DNA of 64,000 nucleotides, taken from positions 160,001 to 224,000 of the forward strand of contig CAWAHW010000005.1 in the NCBI GenBank assembly GCA_963781885.1, written 5' to 3'. The notes below the pieces were generated by a model. The model was not told the origin of the DNA, did no database searches, and worked only from the letters and a program-made list of their open reading frames with translations. Position numbers and translations under genes: made by a program. Shown piece by piece: positions 18,453-27,715 of the stretch (position 1 is its first letter; the number at the start of each line of letters is the position of its first letter). Origin of the DNA: an uncultured Spirochaetota bacterium. Lineage in GTDB: Bacteria; Spirochaetota; Spirochaetia; SZUA-6; Fen-1364.

Positions 18453-19077
18453 TGCTTCCCGCTTCCGCCAGCTTGCGGCGCACGTTCTTCACGTGCACCT
18501 CCACGACATTGCTGCCCGCGTCGAACTCCTGGTCCCAGAGCCGCCGCGTGATCTGCTCCCGCGTGAGCACCTGTCCCGCGTGGCGCATGAGCAGCTCCAG
18601 GAGCCCGAACTCCTTGGCGGTCATGGCCACCATGTTCCCCGCAACCCTGATCTCGCGCGTGCCGGGGTCGAGCTCGATCTCCCCTTCGCTCAGCGTCATC
18701 TGCACCGGCTCACGCGGTCTGCGCAGGAGCGCCCGGATGCGGGCGGCAAGCTCGTCGAAGGAGAATGGCTTCGTGAGATAATCATCCGCGCCGGCGTCCA
18801 GCCCGAGCACACGGTCGGGTACCGCGTCGCGCGCGGTGAGCATCAGGATCGGCACGATGCGCCCCGACGAGCGGATGGACCGGCACAGCGCCAGCCCGTC
18901 GCCGTCGGGAAGCATCCGGTCGAGCAGGATCGCGTCGTAGTCATCGCGCAGCATGGAGAGAAGCGTGCGCGCGTCGGCGGCGCTGCCTGCGGAGTCGACT
19001 GCATATCCCTCCTGCTGGAGGCCCTTCTTCAGCGACGCCGCGAGCTTTTCATTGTCCTCCACCACCAGGAGCCGCAT
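18403..19077 (-). CDS. OmpR/PhoB-family response regulator
   Basis: MRLLVVEDN, LLDRMLPDGDG, LTA, DDYLTKPF, wHTH VVEVHVKNVRRKL..TLRGAGY. Confidence 0.93.
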   Translation of the reverse strand: MRLLVVEDNEKLAASLKKGLQQEGYAVDSAGSAADARTLLSMLRDDYDAILLDRMLPDGDGLALCRSIRSSGRIVPILMLTARDAVPDRVLGLDAGADDYLTKPFSFDELAARIRALLRRPREPVQMTLSEGEIELDPGTREIRVAGNMVAMTAKEFGLLELLMRHAGQVLTREQITRRLWDQEFDAGSNVVEVHVKNVRRKLAEAGSNDRIETLRGAGYRFKR

Positions 19078-19161
19078 GGTGCAAAGATACCATGAAAGGC
19101 TCCCGCGGGCATAAGGCTGCTTTTTGTTGACGTTGCCTTGCACTGCTGGTAGCATTCCGGC

Positions 19162-20088
19162 GTGTTTCGCCTCGTCGTGATTTCGCTTCTGGTTGCTGCC
19201 GTCCTTCCTTGCATTCGATTCGACCGACCCGCCAGTCATGCCGCGGCTCCGGTGCGGATCCCACAGCCCGGCGAGCGCGAGATGCAGGCTCTGGCGGCGG
19301 CCTGGCCCGACAGAATCGCGCAGAGCGCCTTTCGCGACGGCGATTGGATGGTGCTGCTCGGCACCCAATGGTTTGCCTGGGCGGACGGCCGCATGCTGCC
19401 GGAGGAGGATCGGGGCGATTGGGAGAAGTACGCCCCCATGACTTTCTATCGCTATCCGCTGGAGCTTCCGTCCCTTTCTCCCCTGAGCGACGAACAGGCA
19501 GCCGCGATCCGAAGCCGCGTGAAAAGCGAGCAGCTCAATCCGCCGCGGAGAAACGAGCAATTCCTTGGGGCGCTGCTGCACGCGGGCGATCGTCAATCCA
19601 CCGCCGCCCATTTGGTATACATGCAGATCGCCGGATTTCCCGTCACCGTCCATGAGAGCATCCGGGTTCCCCTCCTTCACGTCGCGTCGGAGCTGGCGAT
19701 CTTGCGCGGCGCGGACGCCGAGGTGGCGGCATTTCTCCGCAGCCTCCACGAAATGGATGGATACAACTACCGGTTCGTCGAGGGCACGCGCACGCGCAGC
19801 CTCCACAGCTACGGACTTGCAATCGATATGATCCCGAGGAGCTACGGGGGAAAACACGCGTATTGGCAGTGGGCCATGAGCACGGTGAGCGACTGGTGGG
19901 CGGTCCCCTACGCCGAGCGGTGGATGCCGCCGCAGGCATTCGTGAAGGCCTTCGAGCGCGAAGGATTCGTCTGGGGCGGGAAGTGGCTTTTCTTCGACAC
20001 GATGCACTTCGAGTACAGGCCCGAGATATTCCGGCTCGCCGCCGAAGACGGATTGCCCGCGGACGCGCCGGGTCCGCAGGGGCGATAG
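19162..20088 (+). CDS. M15-family peptidase (peptidoglycan D,D-carboxypeptidase/endopeptidase-like), exported
   Basis: SLHSYGLAID, GFVWGGKW, DTMHFEY; N-terminal hydrophobic signal. Confidence 0.85.
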   Translation: MFRLVVISLLVAAVLPCIRFDRPASHAAAPVRIPQPGEREMQALAAAWPDRIAQSAFRDGDWMVLLGTQWFAWADGRMLPEEDRGDWEKYAPMTFYRYPLELPSLSPLSDEQAAAIRSRVKSEQLNPPRRNEQFLGALLHAGDRQSTAAHLVYMQIAGFPVTVHESIRVPLLHVASELAILRGADAEVAAFLRSLHEMDGYNYRFVEGTRTRSLHSYGLAIDMIPRSYGGKHAYWQWAMSTVSDWWAVPYAERWMPPQAFVKAFEREGFVWGGKWLFFDTMHFEYRPEIFRLAAEDGLPADAPGPQGR

Positions 20089-20139
20089 GTTGCCGCCCCG
20101 CATGAAGCCCGGCACCGCCTGCCCGGGACCCGTCGGCCG

Positions 20140-21867
20140 CTATTCCGGGGACTGTACCGAGCTGAGAAGCCTTTCCGCGCCTTCCTGGAACGCCGCGGCC
20201 GCTGACCTGTAGTCGAAGCCCACGATCACGCTGAGCCCGCTGTACAGCGATTCGTGGAGGAACGCGGCGAGCAGCTTCAGGTAGGGCCGGCCGTCGATCC
20301 GGGAGGCGCCGTCCACGATCACAAGGCCATTCAGATCGAGGGCGCGCGCGACGGCGGAGACCTGGCGCATGACGAGCGCATGGATCGTTCCCAGCGCCTT
20401 CAGGTAGCGCTGCCGGTACAACGGATCGCGCTCGACGAGCGTGCGGATCTGGCGGAACCGATCCCGCACCTTGTGTCCCTTCTGATTGACCCGGTGGGGT
20501 ATCAGCCCCCTCAGCACCGTCACGAGGGTCCGGGACTGGAACAGCTTGTGCAGGGAGAAATAGAAAAGCAGCAGGATACCCTGGTTGCGCATGAGGCCGC
20601 TGCCGCGCGCGGCGCGGTTGAGGATGACGAGGAATCGCCCCAGCTCGCGGTCGATCGCCTTGTCCGCCCCCGGCGGGAGCCGGCTGCCGAAGGGGCTTCG
20701 CGCCTCCTCCCACCGGCGTATCTGCTCGGCGACGAGCTCCTCCATGCGCTGCATCTCCCGCCGCAGGCCGCTCTGCTTGACCTTGACGAGAAAGCCCCGG
20801 AGGGCCTCGGTCTCGGCGGCATCGAAGACATGTGCCGGCTTTTCCGCGCCTTGTCCTGAAACGGCGGCCATGGCGACGCCGAAATAGCCGTCCAGCTCAA
20901 TAAGGTAGGCAGCCGGATCCTTGATCGAGGGGTTTCGATGCACATAGGAGGTGACCATGTCGAGGATGCGCGCCGGGATGCCGATTTTTTTCGCCGCCTG
21001 CATGAGGAGGCGCCGCTGCGCGTACTCCAGCGCGTCGCGCATCGATTTCAGCACGTGGATGGAGGGGCTGGGCTCGCCCTGGAGCAGATCGAGGGCGGGG
21101 TCCTCCGGCACAAAGGCGAAATCCCGCAGGAACGCCGTGTCGTCGGGGGAGAGGCGGTCCTCCTCCGGCACGAGCCGATTGTAGTTCCCCGCCACGTCGC
21201 TGGGATGGAAGCCGTCCTTCAGCCTGCGTGAGTAGCGGTTGTGCCAGAGGTGCACGAGGGTGCCCGGGTATAGGCGGAGGACTTCCTTCACGTAGGCGCC
21301 CGCCGACGCGTGCGCCGTCGGCTCGGGGTTCGTCACGAGCACGAGCCTCTTCATGAACGGCACGTAGGCGAGGTTGTCATCATAGCTCATGCCGGCCGGC
21401 ATGTCGAAGATCAGAATGTCGTAGCGGCCGTCGATCTCCGCCAGATACCGGCCGTAGATCAGCTCCATGATCTGTCGGGCTTCCGCGGCTTTGAGCTTCT
21501 GGAAAGGGAAGAGTATTTCCAGGCCCTTGAAGACCGGCAGGATGAACGATCCCAACCCGTCCGTCGGCGACGCCTTGTCGCGCGCCTTCAGCACCTGCTC
21601 GGACTCGTAAATGTCCAGGAGAGAGGCGACGTCGGAAAGCGGGTCAAGGTCGGCCAGCCCGACGCGGAGGCCCTTGCGCGCATAGTAGATCGCGAGGTTG
21701 CACGCCGTGATGGTCTTTCCGACGCCACCCTTGCCCGAGCTCACGGCGACGGACTTGCCGACGACCCGGCGCAACGACGCCTGGTCGGAGCCCGCGAGCA
21801 TGCGCCGCGCGGTCTCGGAGAGGGATCCCGCGGATTCCCGGCCGCGCTCCGCCACGGTGCGCGTCAC
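20140..21867 (-). CDS. MinD/FlhG/ParA-family ATPase with long C-terminal extension
   Basis: Deviant Walker A SGKGGVGKT, DLD, FDMPAG, VTNPEPTA, PEDP; about 300-aa helical tail. Confidence 0.8.
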   Translation of the reverse strand: MTRTVAERGRESAGSLSETARRMLAGSDQASLRRVVGKSVAVSSGKGGVGKTITACNLAIYYARKGLRVGLADLDPLSDVASLLDIYESEQVLKARDKASPTDGLGSFILPVFKGLEILFPFQKLKAAEARQIMELIYGRYLAEIDGRYDILIFDMPAGMSYDDNLAYVPFMKRLVLVTNPEPTAHASAGAYVKEVLRLYPGTLVHLWHNRYSRRLKDGFHPSDVAGNYNRLVPEEDRLSPDDTAFLRDFAFVPEDPALDLLQGEPSPSIHVLKSMRDALEYAQRRLLMQAAKKIGIPARILDMVTSYVHRNPSIKDPAAYLIELDGYFGVAMAAVSGQGAEKPAHVFDAAETEALRGFLVKVKQSGLRREMQRMEELVAEQIRRWEEARSPFGSRLPPGADKAIDRELGRFLVILNRAARGSGLMRNQGILLLFYFSLHKLFQSRTLVTVLRGLIPHRVNQKGHKVRDRFRQIRTLVERDPLYRQRYLKALGTIHALVMRQVSAVARALDLNGLVIVDGASRIDGRPYLKLLAAFLHESLYSGLSVIVGFDYRSAAAAFQEGAERLLSSVQSPE

Positions 21868-21889
21868 ACGAATGCCCCTGGATCAGCGG

Positions 21890-23149
21890 TCACAGGATCT
21901 CCAGCGGCGGGGGCGGGGCGCCGCCTTCCCACGTGCCCTCCATGCTCACGTCGAAGGGCTTGCCGTAGAGGTATTCGAACAGGAACTGGAAATCCGCCTC
22001 CTCGATCTTGAGAAAGAGCACGCCGAAGTACGCGTTCTCCGCGTCCTTGAACTTCCGCATGATCCTCCCCCCCACGGGGATCGTGCGCCGGTCCATCTTC
22101 ACGGTGAGCTCCAGGTCGGTATGCACGAGCAGCTCCTTGGTGAGGTCCGCCGCCGTGTGCGCGAACAGCAGCCCCGATGCGCTCATGTCGATGATGGGCG
22201 CCTCGTACCGCCTCTCCGTGCTGTTCTCCACCTTGAAATAGCCGTTGGTGACAAGGGAGAAGCACAGCACCTTGGCGAACTGCTGGACGTACTCCAGGAG
22301 GTCCCGGGAGATCCTTTCCCGGCGCGCCGCCGTGTTCCAGACGTGGATGTACCCGACGACGTACTCGTTGTACAGCACGGGGCACCACAGCTCCGCGACG
22401 ATCTCCTTTTTCGTCTTCTCGTAGAGGATGTTGCCCAGCTTGCTCGTGATCACGTAGGGCTGGACCCCCGCCTCTTCCTCCAGCTTGATCAGCTCTCCCT
22501 TCGTGACGATCCGCTCGTCGGGGAACGGGTCGCGCACGGGGAAGTCATCCGCCGTCGACGGGATCCACAGGCACTTGCCGGTGCGCACGACCGTCTTTTC
22601 CTCCCAGGAGCGGGGCATCTTGTCGCGGAGCATGACGATCTTGTTGTCAGTCGCCTTCGATTCCATCTCCATGCGGAAAGTCTTCACGACTTCCTGGATG
22701 CGCTTTGCATCGAAGGTGGTGTCCTCTTCGGGAGGCTGCACGGGCGTGAAATGCTCCGACTTGGGGAAGTTCAGCTCCACCTTGGAGCCGTGGAGGCTGA
22801 AGGTCACGTCGATGGAGCCCTGCAGCTGGACCCTTTCGTACTTCCGCTGCAGATTCTTGTAGACTCCCGGCGGGTGCGTGACGACCACATGATCCGGGGT
22901 CGCTTCCAGGACGCGCGACGTGAAGGTGTGGTAGTTGTTCTTCAGATAGAAAAAGACGCGGATGTCCTCGCCGGCGACGAATCCTTCGAGCTTTCCCTCC
23001 AGGGGGCTCAGCTCCAGGCGATCGTCGGTGACGCCGGAGAAGCGGCAATGGAACTCTTTCCTGCTCCCATGCAGGTCACAGGCCGCATTGTCGTCCACGA
23101 GTGACTTGAAGACAAACTCTTTCTCTATCCGCCCGACTTCCGTGCCCAT
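21890..23149 (-). CDS. PilZ-type (DUF1577-like) putative c-di-GMP receptor
   Basis: N-terminal YcgR-like barrel, QRKYER (RxxxR), inserted GAF-like segment, DMSASGL (DxSxxG). Confidence 0.75.
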   Translation of the reverse strand: MGTEVGRIEKEFVFKSLVDDNAACDLHGSRKEFHCRFSGVTDDRLELSPLEGKLEGFVAGEDIRVFFYLKNNYHTFTSRVLEATPDHVVVTHPPGVYKNLQRKYERVQLQGSIDVTFSLHGSKVELNFPKSEHFTPVQPPEEDTTFDAKRIQEVVKTFRMEMESKATDNKIVMLRDKMPRSWEEKTVVRTGKCLWIPSTADDFPVRDPFPDERIVTKGELIKLEEEAGVQPYVITSKLGNILYEKTKKEIVAELWCPVLYNEYVVGYIHVWNTAARRERISRDLLEYVQQFAKVLCFSLVTNGYFKVENSTERRYEAPIIDMSASGLLFAHTAADLTKELLVHTDLELTVKMDRRTIPVGGRIMRKFKDAENAYFGVLFLKIEEADFQFLFEYLYGKPFDVSMEGTWEGGAPPPPLEIL

Positions 23150-23153
23150 GGCG

Positions 23154-23936
23154 TCACTCCTGCAGGAGCCATCGATAGTCCGAGGGGAAGTACTTGTCCT
23201 TCGACTTCTCCTTCTTCACGGCGAGCTCCCCGAGACTGATCTGCATGTCCTCGACGAGCCAGAGCCTTCCCACCGGCGCGAGATAGATCTCCCCTTCGGT
23301 GGAGCTTTGTTCCGCGAACAGCCTGAGCGGGGCCGTGACCTCTCCATCGTCCCGGCGCGTGGGTGCGCCGAGCCGGAACGATTTCGGTGTGTTGCCGTTC
23401 GCCATCTCGTACTTCAGACTCTCCACGAGCGCCGCCTGTGAATCCGGGACGATGAGCTTCGCATCCACGTTGCCCGCAACCAGCGCGGCGAGGAAAATCC
23501 CTGCCGCTGCCATGGCGGCGCTCTGGTCCGCCGCCCCGGTGCGGTCGTCACCGAGCAGGCCGATCTTGAAATCCTCCGGCAGGATGCGCGTGGAGCGGCC
23601 CAGCGCCATGAGGGAGGCCGCATCTGAGAAAGCGCTTGGCTTCGACGGCTCGCCCGTCGGTTTCTGCGGGTTGAGCACGATCGCACTTGACGGCTTCTGC
23701 CCGGGAGACGCGGCGGGGGCCGCGGGAGCCGCGGCAGCGGTCGAGGCGCCGGCCGGTGATGCTGTGCCGGCTGTTCGCGGTGCCACCGGAGTCGTCACGG
23801 CTGCCGACGCTCCGCCCGCCGCCGCGGCGTTCGCGGTCCCCGGCTGTCGGGGACTTCGCTGGCACGCTGCCATCGACAGGGAAACCACCAGGGCGGTGGC
23901 GAGCAACAGCCGTCGCGTCACAGTTTTTTGTATCAT
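23154..23936 (-). CDS. Hypothetical lipoprotein
   Basis: Lipobox MAAC, A/P/T-rich linker, small globular C-terminus. Confidence 0.7.
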   Translation of the reverse strand: MIQKTVTRRLLLATALVVSLSMAACQRSPRQPGTANAAAAGGASAAVTTPVAPRTAGTASPAGASTAAAAPAAPAASPGQKPSSAIVLNPQKPTGEPSKPSAFSDAASLMALGRSTRILPEDFKIGLLGDDRTGAADQSAAMAAAGIFLAALVAGNVDAKLIVPDSQAALVESLKYEMANGNTPKSFRLGAPTRRDDGEVTAPLRLFAEQSSTEGEIYLAPVGRLWLVEDMQISLGELAVKKEKSKDKYFPSDYRWLLQE

Positions 23937-24026
23937 GGAACGTGCTTTTCCGTCTACGCCGGCGTCGTCCTGCGGGCGATCGGGACAGCTTTACAGAGCA
24001 CCCGCATCGTCATACTGTGGACGGGC

Positions 24027-25316
24027 ATGGGCGAAACCGAGCGTATTCTCGCACATCTGGAAAACGACTACACCGAGCCGATCCGCGACCCCATCTGGAA
24101 GCACATCTACGTGTCCCGCCCCCTGCTTGCGATCATCGAGCAGGAGCAATTCCAGAAGCTGGACCGGATCCGGCAGCTCGGTCCCGCGGCGCTCGTCTAC
24201 CCGGGCGCGACCCATACGCGGCGCAGCCACAGCCTCGGCGTGCTTCACCTGGCCCGGCGTCTCATCACGACGCTCGTGCGGAAAAACCACGATGTCGACA
24301 TCAGCATGGAAGGGGTGAAGGCTTTCCTCTGCGCGGCCCTTCTCCACGACATCGGTCACTACCCATTCGCCCATTCGCTGAAGGACCTCGACGTGGAGGC
24401 GCACGAGGCGATTGCGGCGCGGCAGATCCTGTCGGATTTCGCCCCCGCGATACGCGCGCACCTCGGCATCGAGCCGGAGGCGGTCGCCGCGATCATCGAC
24501 AAGGGAACGCGCTACACGGGCAGCGTGAATGTCGGCTTTTTCTGGAAGATACTCTCCGGCGTGCTGGATCCAGACAAGCTCGACTATCTCAATCGCGATG
24601 CGTTCTACTGCGGCGTGCCCTATGGCATCCAGGACGTCGATTTCATCCTGGAGGAGGTCTACCCCCATGCGGGCAAAGGCGTGGCGATAAGCCCCAAGGG
24701 AATCACCGCGTTGGAGAACATCCTCTTCTCGAAATACCTCATGTACAAGACGGTGTATTGGCACAAGACCGTGCGCATCGCCACCGCCATGATCAAGAAG
24801 GCCATCGCCCTTGCGCTCGCGGACAGCGCGATCGGTCGACCTGACCTCTATGGTCTGGACGACGAGCAGTTCTCCCAGCGCTTCGATGCGAAGCGTTTCT
24901 CCGGCTTCCAGCTCATCGAGGACACCCGCCGCAGGATGCTGCACAAGCAGGTGATGCACATCCCGTTCGCGGAGGACTCCGCCCTGCATCGCGGGCTGGA
25001 GAAGATCGAGACGCGGCTCGAGCTGGAACGACAGATCGCGCAGGAAGCGGCGGACGCGCTGGGGCGCGAGGTGCGGCCGGAGCATGTCATCGTCGATGTG
25101 CCCGAGCGTCTCTCCTTCGAGATCGACATCCCCGTCATCGATCCGCGCCAGGCGGAGCCGGAAGAGGGGGACGCCGGGGATTCCTCCTACGTCTTCAACT
25201 GGATGGGGCACCGGGATTTTCCACAGTCCCTGCGCTCCATTTCCGTGTGCGCGCGCGCCGATGCCGACCTGCTCGCCGTCCTGTCCCGCATGAATCTGCC
25301 CCGGCGCTTCGGCTGA
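24027..25316 (+). CDS. HD-domain phosphohydrolase (SAMHD1/dNTPase-like)
   Basis: IRDPIW, RIRQLG, YPGATHTRRSHSLG, ALLHDIGHYPFAH, DPDKLDYL, VYWHK. Confidence 0.9.
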   Translation: MGETERILAHLENDYTEPIRDPIWKHIYVSRPLLAIIEQEQFQKLDRIRQLGPAALVYPGATHTRRSHSLGVLHLARRLITTLVRKNHDVDISMEGVKAFLCAALLHDIGHYPFAHSLKDLDVEAHEAIAARQILSDFAPAIRAHLGIEPEAVAAIIDKGTRYTGSVNVGFFWKILSGVLDPDKLDYLNRDAFYCGVPYGIQDVDFILEEVYPHAGKGVAISPKGITALENILFSKYLMYKTVYWHKTVRIATAMIKKAIALALADSAIGRPDLYGLDDEQFSQRFDAKRFSGFQLIEDTRRRMLHKQVMHIPFAEDSALHRGLEKIETRLELERQIAQEAADALGREVRPEHVIVDVPERLSFEIDIPVIDPRQAEPEEGDAGDSSYVFNWMGHRDFPQSLRSISVCARADADLLAVLSRMNLPRRFG

Positions 25317-26119
25317 TGAGGGAATTGTCGGCCGCGGATGCGCAGCTTCTGGAGCGCTTCGCCCACCACGTCGGAAGGGGAATCAGCAGGTTCTCCATGA
25401 TACGCCCCGGCGACCGCGTGCTCATCGGGGTCTCCGGCGGCAAGGATTCCCTTGCGCTCAGCCTCGCGCTTGTCGTGCGGAAGAAATGGGTGCCCATCGA
25501 CTACGAGCTTTGCGCCGTCCAGGTGGAATGGCGGGAGTACCCGATGAGCGCGGAGGAGAAGGCGGGAATCGACGCATTCTACGAAGAGCTGGGCATTCCC
25601 TTCTCCCGGGTGCAGGCGCAGATCGCCCCGGCATCGTTCACGAAGAAGTTCAGCTGCTATACGTGCTCGCGCAACCGCAAGAGGATCCTTTTCGACGAGG
25701 CGGCGCGCCGGGGCGCGGGGCGCATCGCCCTTGCCCATCACATGGACGACATCGCCCAGACCACGCTCCTCAACATGTTCTTCCACGGCGAGTTTTCCAC
25801 GATGATGCCCGTGCAGGAGTTTTTCGGAGGCTCACTGGCCGTCATCCGGCCGCTCTGCGAGGTGCGGGAGGCGGAGGTGGCGCGTCTTGCCGCCCGTCTT
25901 TCGCTGCCCACCGCGCCCAATCGATGCCCCAACGCCCACACGAACAGGCGCACGCTGATGAAGGAGATCCTGCGCACGGCGACCCATGCCAACAGGAATG
26001 CCGTGTCAAACGTGTATTCGTCGCCGTGGCGGATCAATCGCGACTACCTTCCTTCGGCGCCCGCGGATGCCGGTAACGACGGGGAAAGCGACGACGCCTT
26101 GCCGGAGGACTGGCTCTGA
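25316..26119 (+). CDS. ttcA: tRNA 2-thiocytidine biosynthesis protein TtcA
   Basis: PP-loop SGGKDS, CYTCSRNR, HHMDD, IRPL, CP; TGATG coupling. Confidence 0.85.
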   Translation: MRELSAADAQLLERFAHHVGRGISRFSMIRPGDRVLIGVSGGKDSLALSLALVVRKKWVPIDYELCAVQVEWREYPMSAEEKAGIDAFYEELGIPFSRVQAQIAPASFTKKFSCYTCSRNRKRILFDEAARRGAGRIALAHHMDDIAQTTLLNMFFHGEFSTMMPVQEFFGGSLAVIRPLCEVREAEVARLAARLSLPTAPNRCPNAHTNRRTLMKEILRTATHANRNAVSNVYSSPWRINRDYLPSAPADAGNDGESDDALPEDWL

Positions 26120-26138
26120 CGTAGAATCCCGGTGACTC

Positions 26139-26888
26139 ATGCGATGTGCGATCATCAGTGACATACACGCCAACGGGGAAGCGTTGGCGGCGGTGCTTGC
26201 GGAAATTGACACCCTCGACGTGGAGGCCGTCTATTGCCTCGGCGACCTTGTCGGGTACAACGCCGACCCGGACTTCTGCGTGCGGACGGTGCTTTCCCGG
26301 TGCGATGCGACGATACGCGGCAATCACGACAAGGCAGTGGCGGGTCTTCTGACGCTGGAATGGTTCAACGGCAACGCGCGGGATGCCGCGCTCTGGACCC
26401 GCGGCGCCGTCTCGGAAGACACAATGGCTGCCCTGCGCGCGCTCGTCCAGGGACCGAAGCAGCCGGCGTCGGGCATCCTGCTCTGCCACGGCACGCCGTA
26501 CGACGAGGATGAGTACCTTCTGGACCGGCAGACGATGGAACTGAGCATGCAATGCGTCGAAAAAGACTGGCCGGAAACAAGCTTTTGCTTCCACGGGCAC
26601 ACCCATTCCCCGCTCATTGCGTCCAGAAAAAGGGGCGAATCGCGCATCCGCGTCCACACGTGGCAGGAGACGACCCGCCTGGAGGCGCATTCGGTTTATC
26701 TCATCAACCCCGGTTCCGTGGGCCAGCCGAGGGATGGAATAGCCATGGCATCTTTTGGTATATTAGATAGCGGCAAAATGCTCTACACGAACCGGCGCGT
26801 GGCCTATGATATACCCGCTACCCAGGAGAAGATCGTGAGGGCAGGGCTGCCCCCCGTGCTTGCGCGACGTCTTGCCGAAGGGCGATAG
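26139..26888 (+). CDS. Calcineurin-like metallophosphoesterase
   Basis: SDIHAN, GDLVGY, RGNHD, HG, GHTH, NPGSVGQPRDG. Confidence 0.9.
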   Translation: MRCAIISDIHANGEALAAVLAEIDTLDVEAVYCLGDLVGYNADPDFCVRTVLSRCDATIRGNHDKAVAGLLTLEWFNGNARDAALWTRGAVSEDTMAALRALVQGPKQPASGILLCHGTPYDEDEYLLDRQTMELSMQCVEKDWPETSFCFHGHTHSPLIASRKRGESRIRVHTWQETTRLEAHSVYLINPGSVGQPRDGIAMASFGILDSGKMLYTNRRVAYDIPATQEKIVRAGLPPVLARRLAEGR

Positions 26889-26901
26889 GAGAGGAGAGGG
26901 G

Positions 26902-27345
26902 ATGAAATCTCAGCTCATGGAGGAAAGGATCCGCCGCGTGTCGGTGCTCTTTTCCGAGCTTAGCTTCCGTGTGGTCGAGGATGAACGGTCTCACAACGCC
27001 TATTCGGCGACCTTCGAGGACGACGATGCGTTTCAGGCCGGCGTGCTCATCGAACGGGGGAGCAGGTTCCTGGAGCTGGCGTATGCCCTCACGTTTCCGC
27101 CCACGTTTTCCCAGCTCATGAAGGGCAAGCTGGAAGAGATGCTGAAGATCTGCTACGAGTTCGGCTGCTATATAAGCCTCCAGCAGACGGCATCGGAGAT
27201 AAACTATTCCGTGTTCACCAAAATCTATTACTCGGGCTTGAACTACTATTCGCTTCGGGACAGCCTCCGCGATTTCCGCGAATGCGTCGCCGCCCTGATG
27301 GATCTCCTGGAGCTGGGCAAGGAAGCAAGCGAAAGCTCGCTGTAG
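26902..27345 (+). CDS. Hypothetical protein (possible YbjN/T3SS-chaperone-like fold)
   Basis: Strong SD GGAGAGG, 147 aa, typical codon bias; the fold is a guess from the alpha/beta pattern. Confidence 0.65.
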   Translation: MKSQLMEERIRRVSVLFSELSFRVVEDERSHNAYSATFEDDDAFQAGVLIERGSRFLELAYALTFPPTFSQLMKGKLEEMLKICYEFGCYISLQQTASEINYSVFTKIYYSGLNYYSLRDSLRDFRECVAALMDLLELGKEASESSL

Positions 27346-27418
27346 CTCGCCGCGGGGTTTTTCCGTCGCCGCAGCCTCCCGGGCCGACACGACAGGGCGA
27401 CGCCCGCCGCTCATCGAT

Positions 27419-27706
27419 TCAATAGCTTTCCGAAAAGACCTCTGTTTCCTGGAGCACGCCTTCGCAGTTCTTCTCCACGAACGCAAGCGCCTTCTGCATG
27501 ACCGACTCGCCGAACGCGCGGGAGTTGGACACGATTGCCGCGCCCAGCTGGGCGTGCGAAAGTGAATCCTGGAGATCCACCTCCGCGACGGACATGTGGA
27601 ACTTGTTCGCGAGCTTCTCCTTGAGCGACACGACGATCCGTCTCTTGTCCTTGATGGATTCCACCGGGGGCAGGGCGATGCGGAACTGGATCATGGAGAC
27701 GACCAT
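27419..27706 (-). CDS. DUF503 (YlxP-like) protein
   Basis: SIKDKRRIV.SLKEKL.NKFHMSVAEVDLQD...LGAAIVSN. Confidence 0.85.
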   Translation of the reverse strand: MVVSMIQFRIALPPVESIKDKRRIVVSLKEKLANKFHMSVAEVDLQDSLSHAQLGAAIVSNSRAFGESVMQKALAFVEKNCEGVLQETEVFSESY

Positions 27707-27715
27707 CCCGAGAGT

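Noticed and set aside
18403-20115. 570-aa response regulator with a long N-terminal extension
   Set aside because: The extension is the antisense of the M15 peptidase gene; the receiver domain starts at ATG 19077 behind its own -10.
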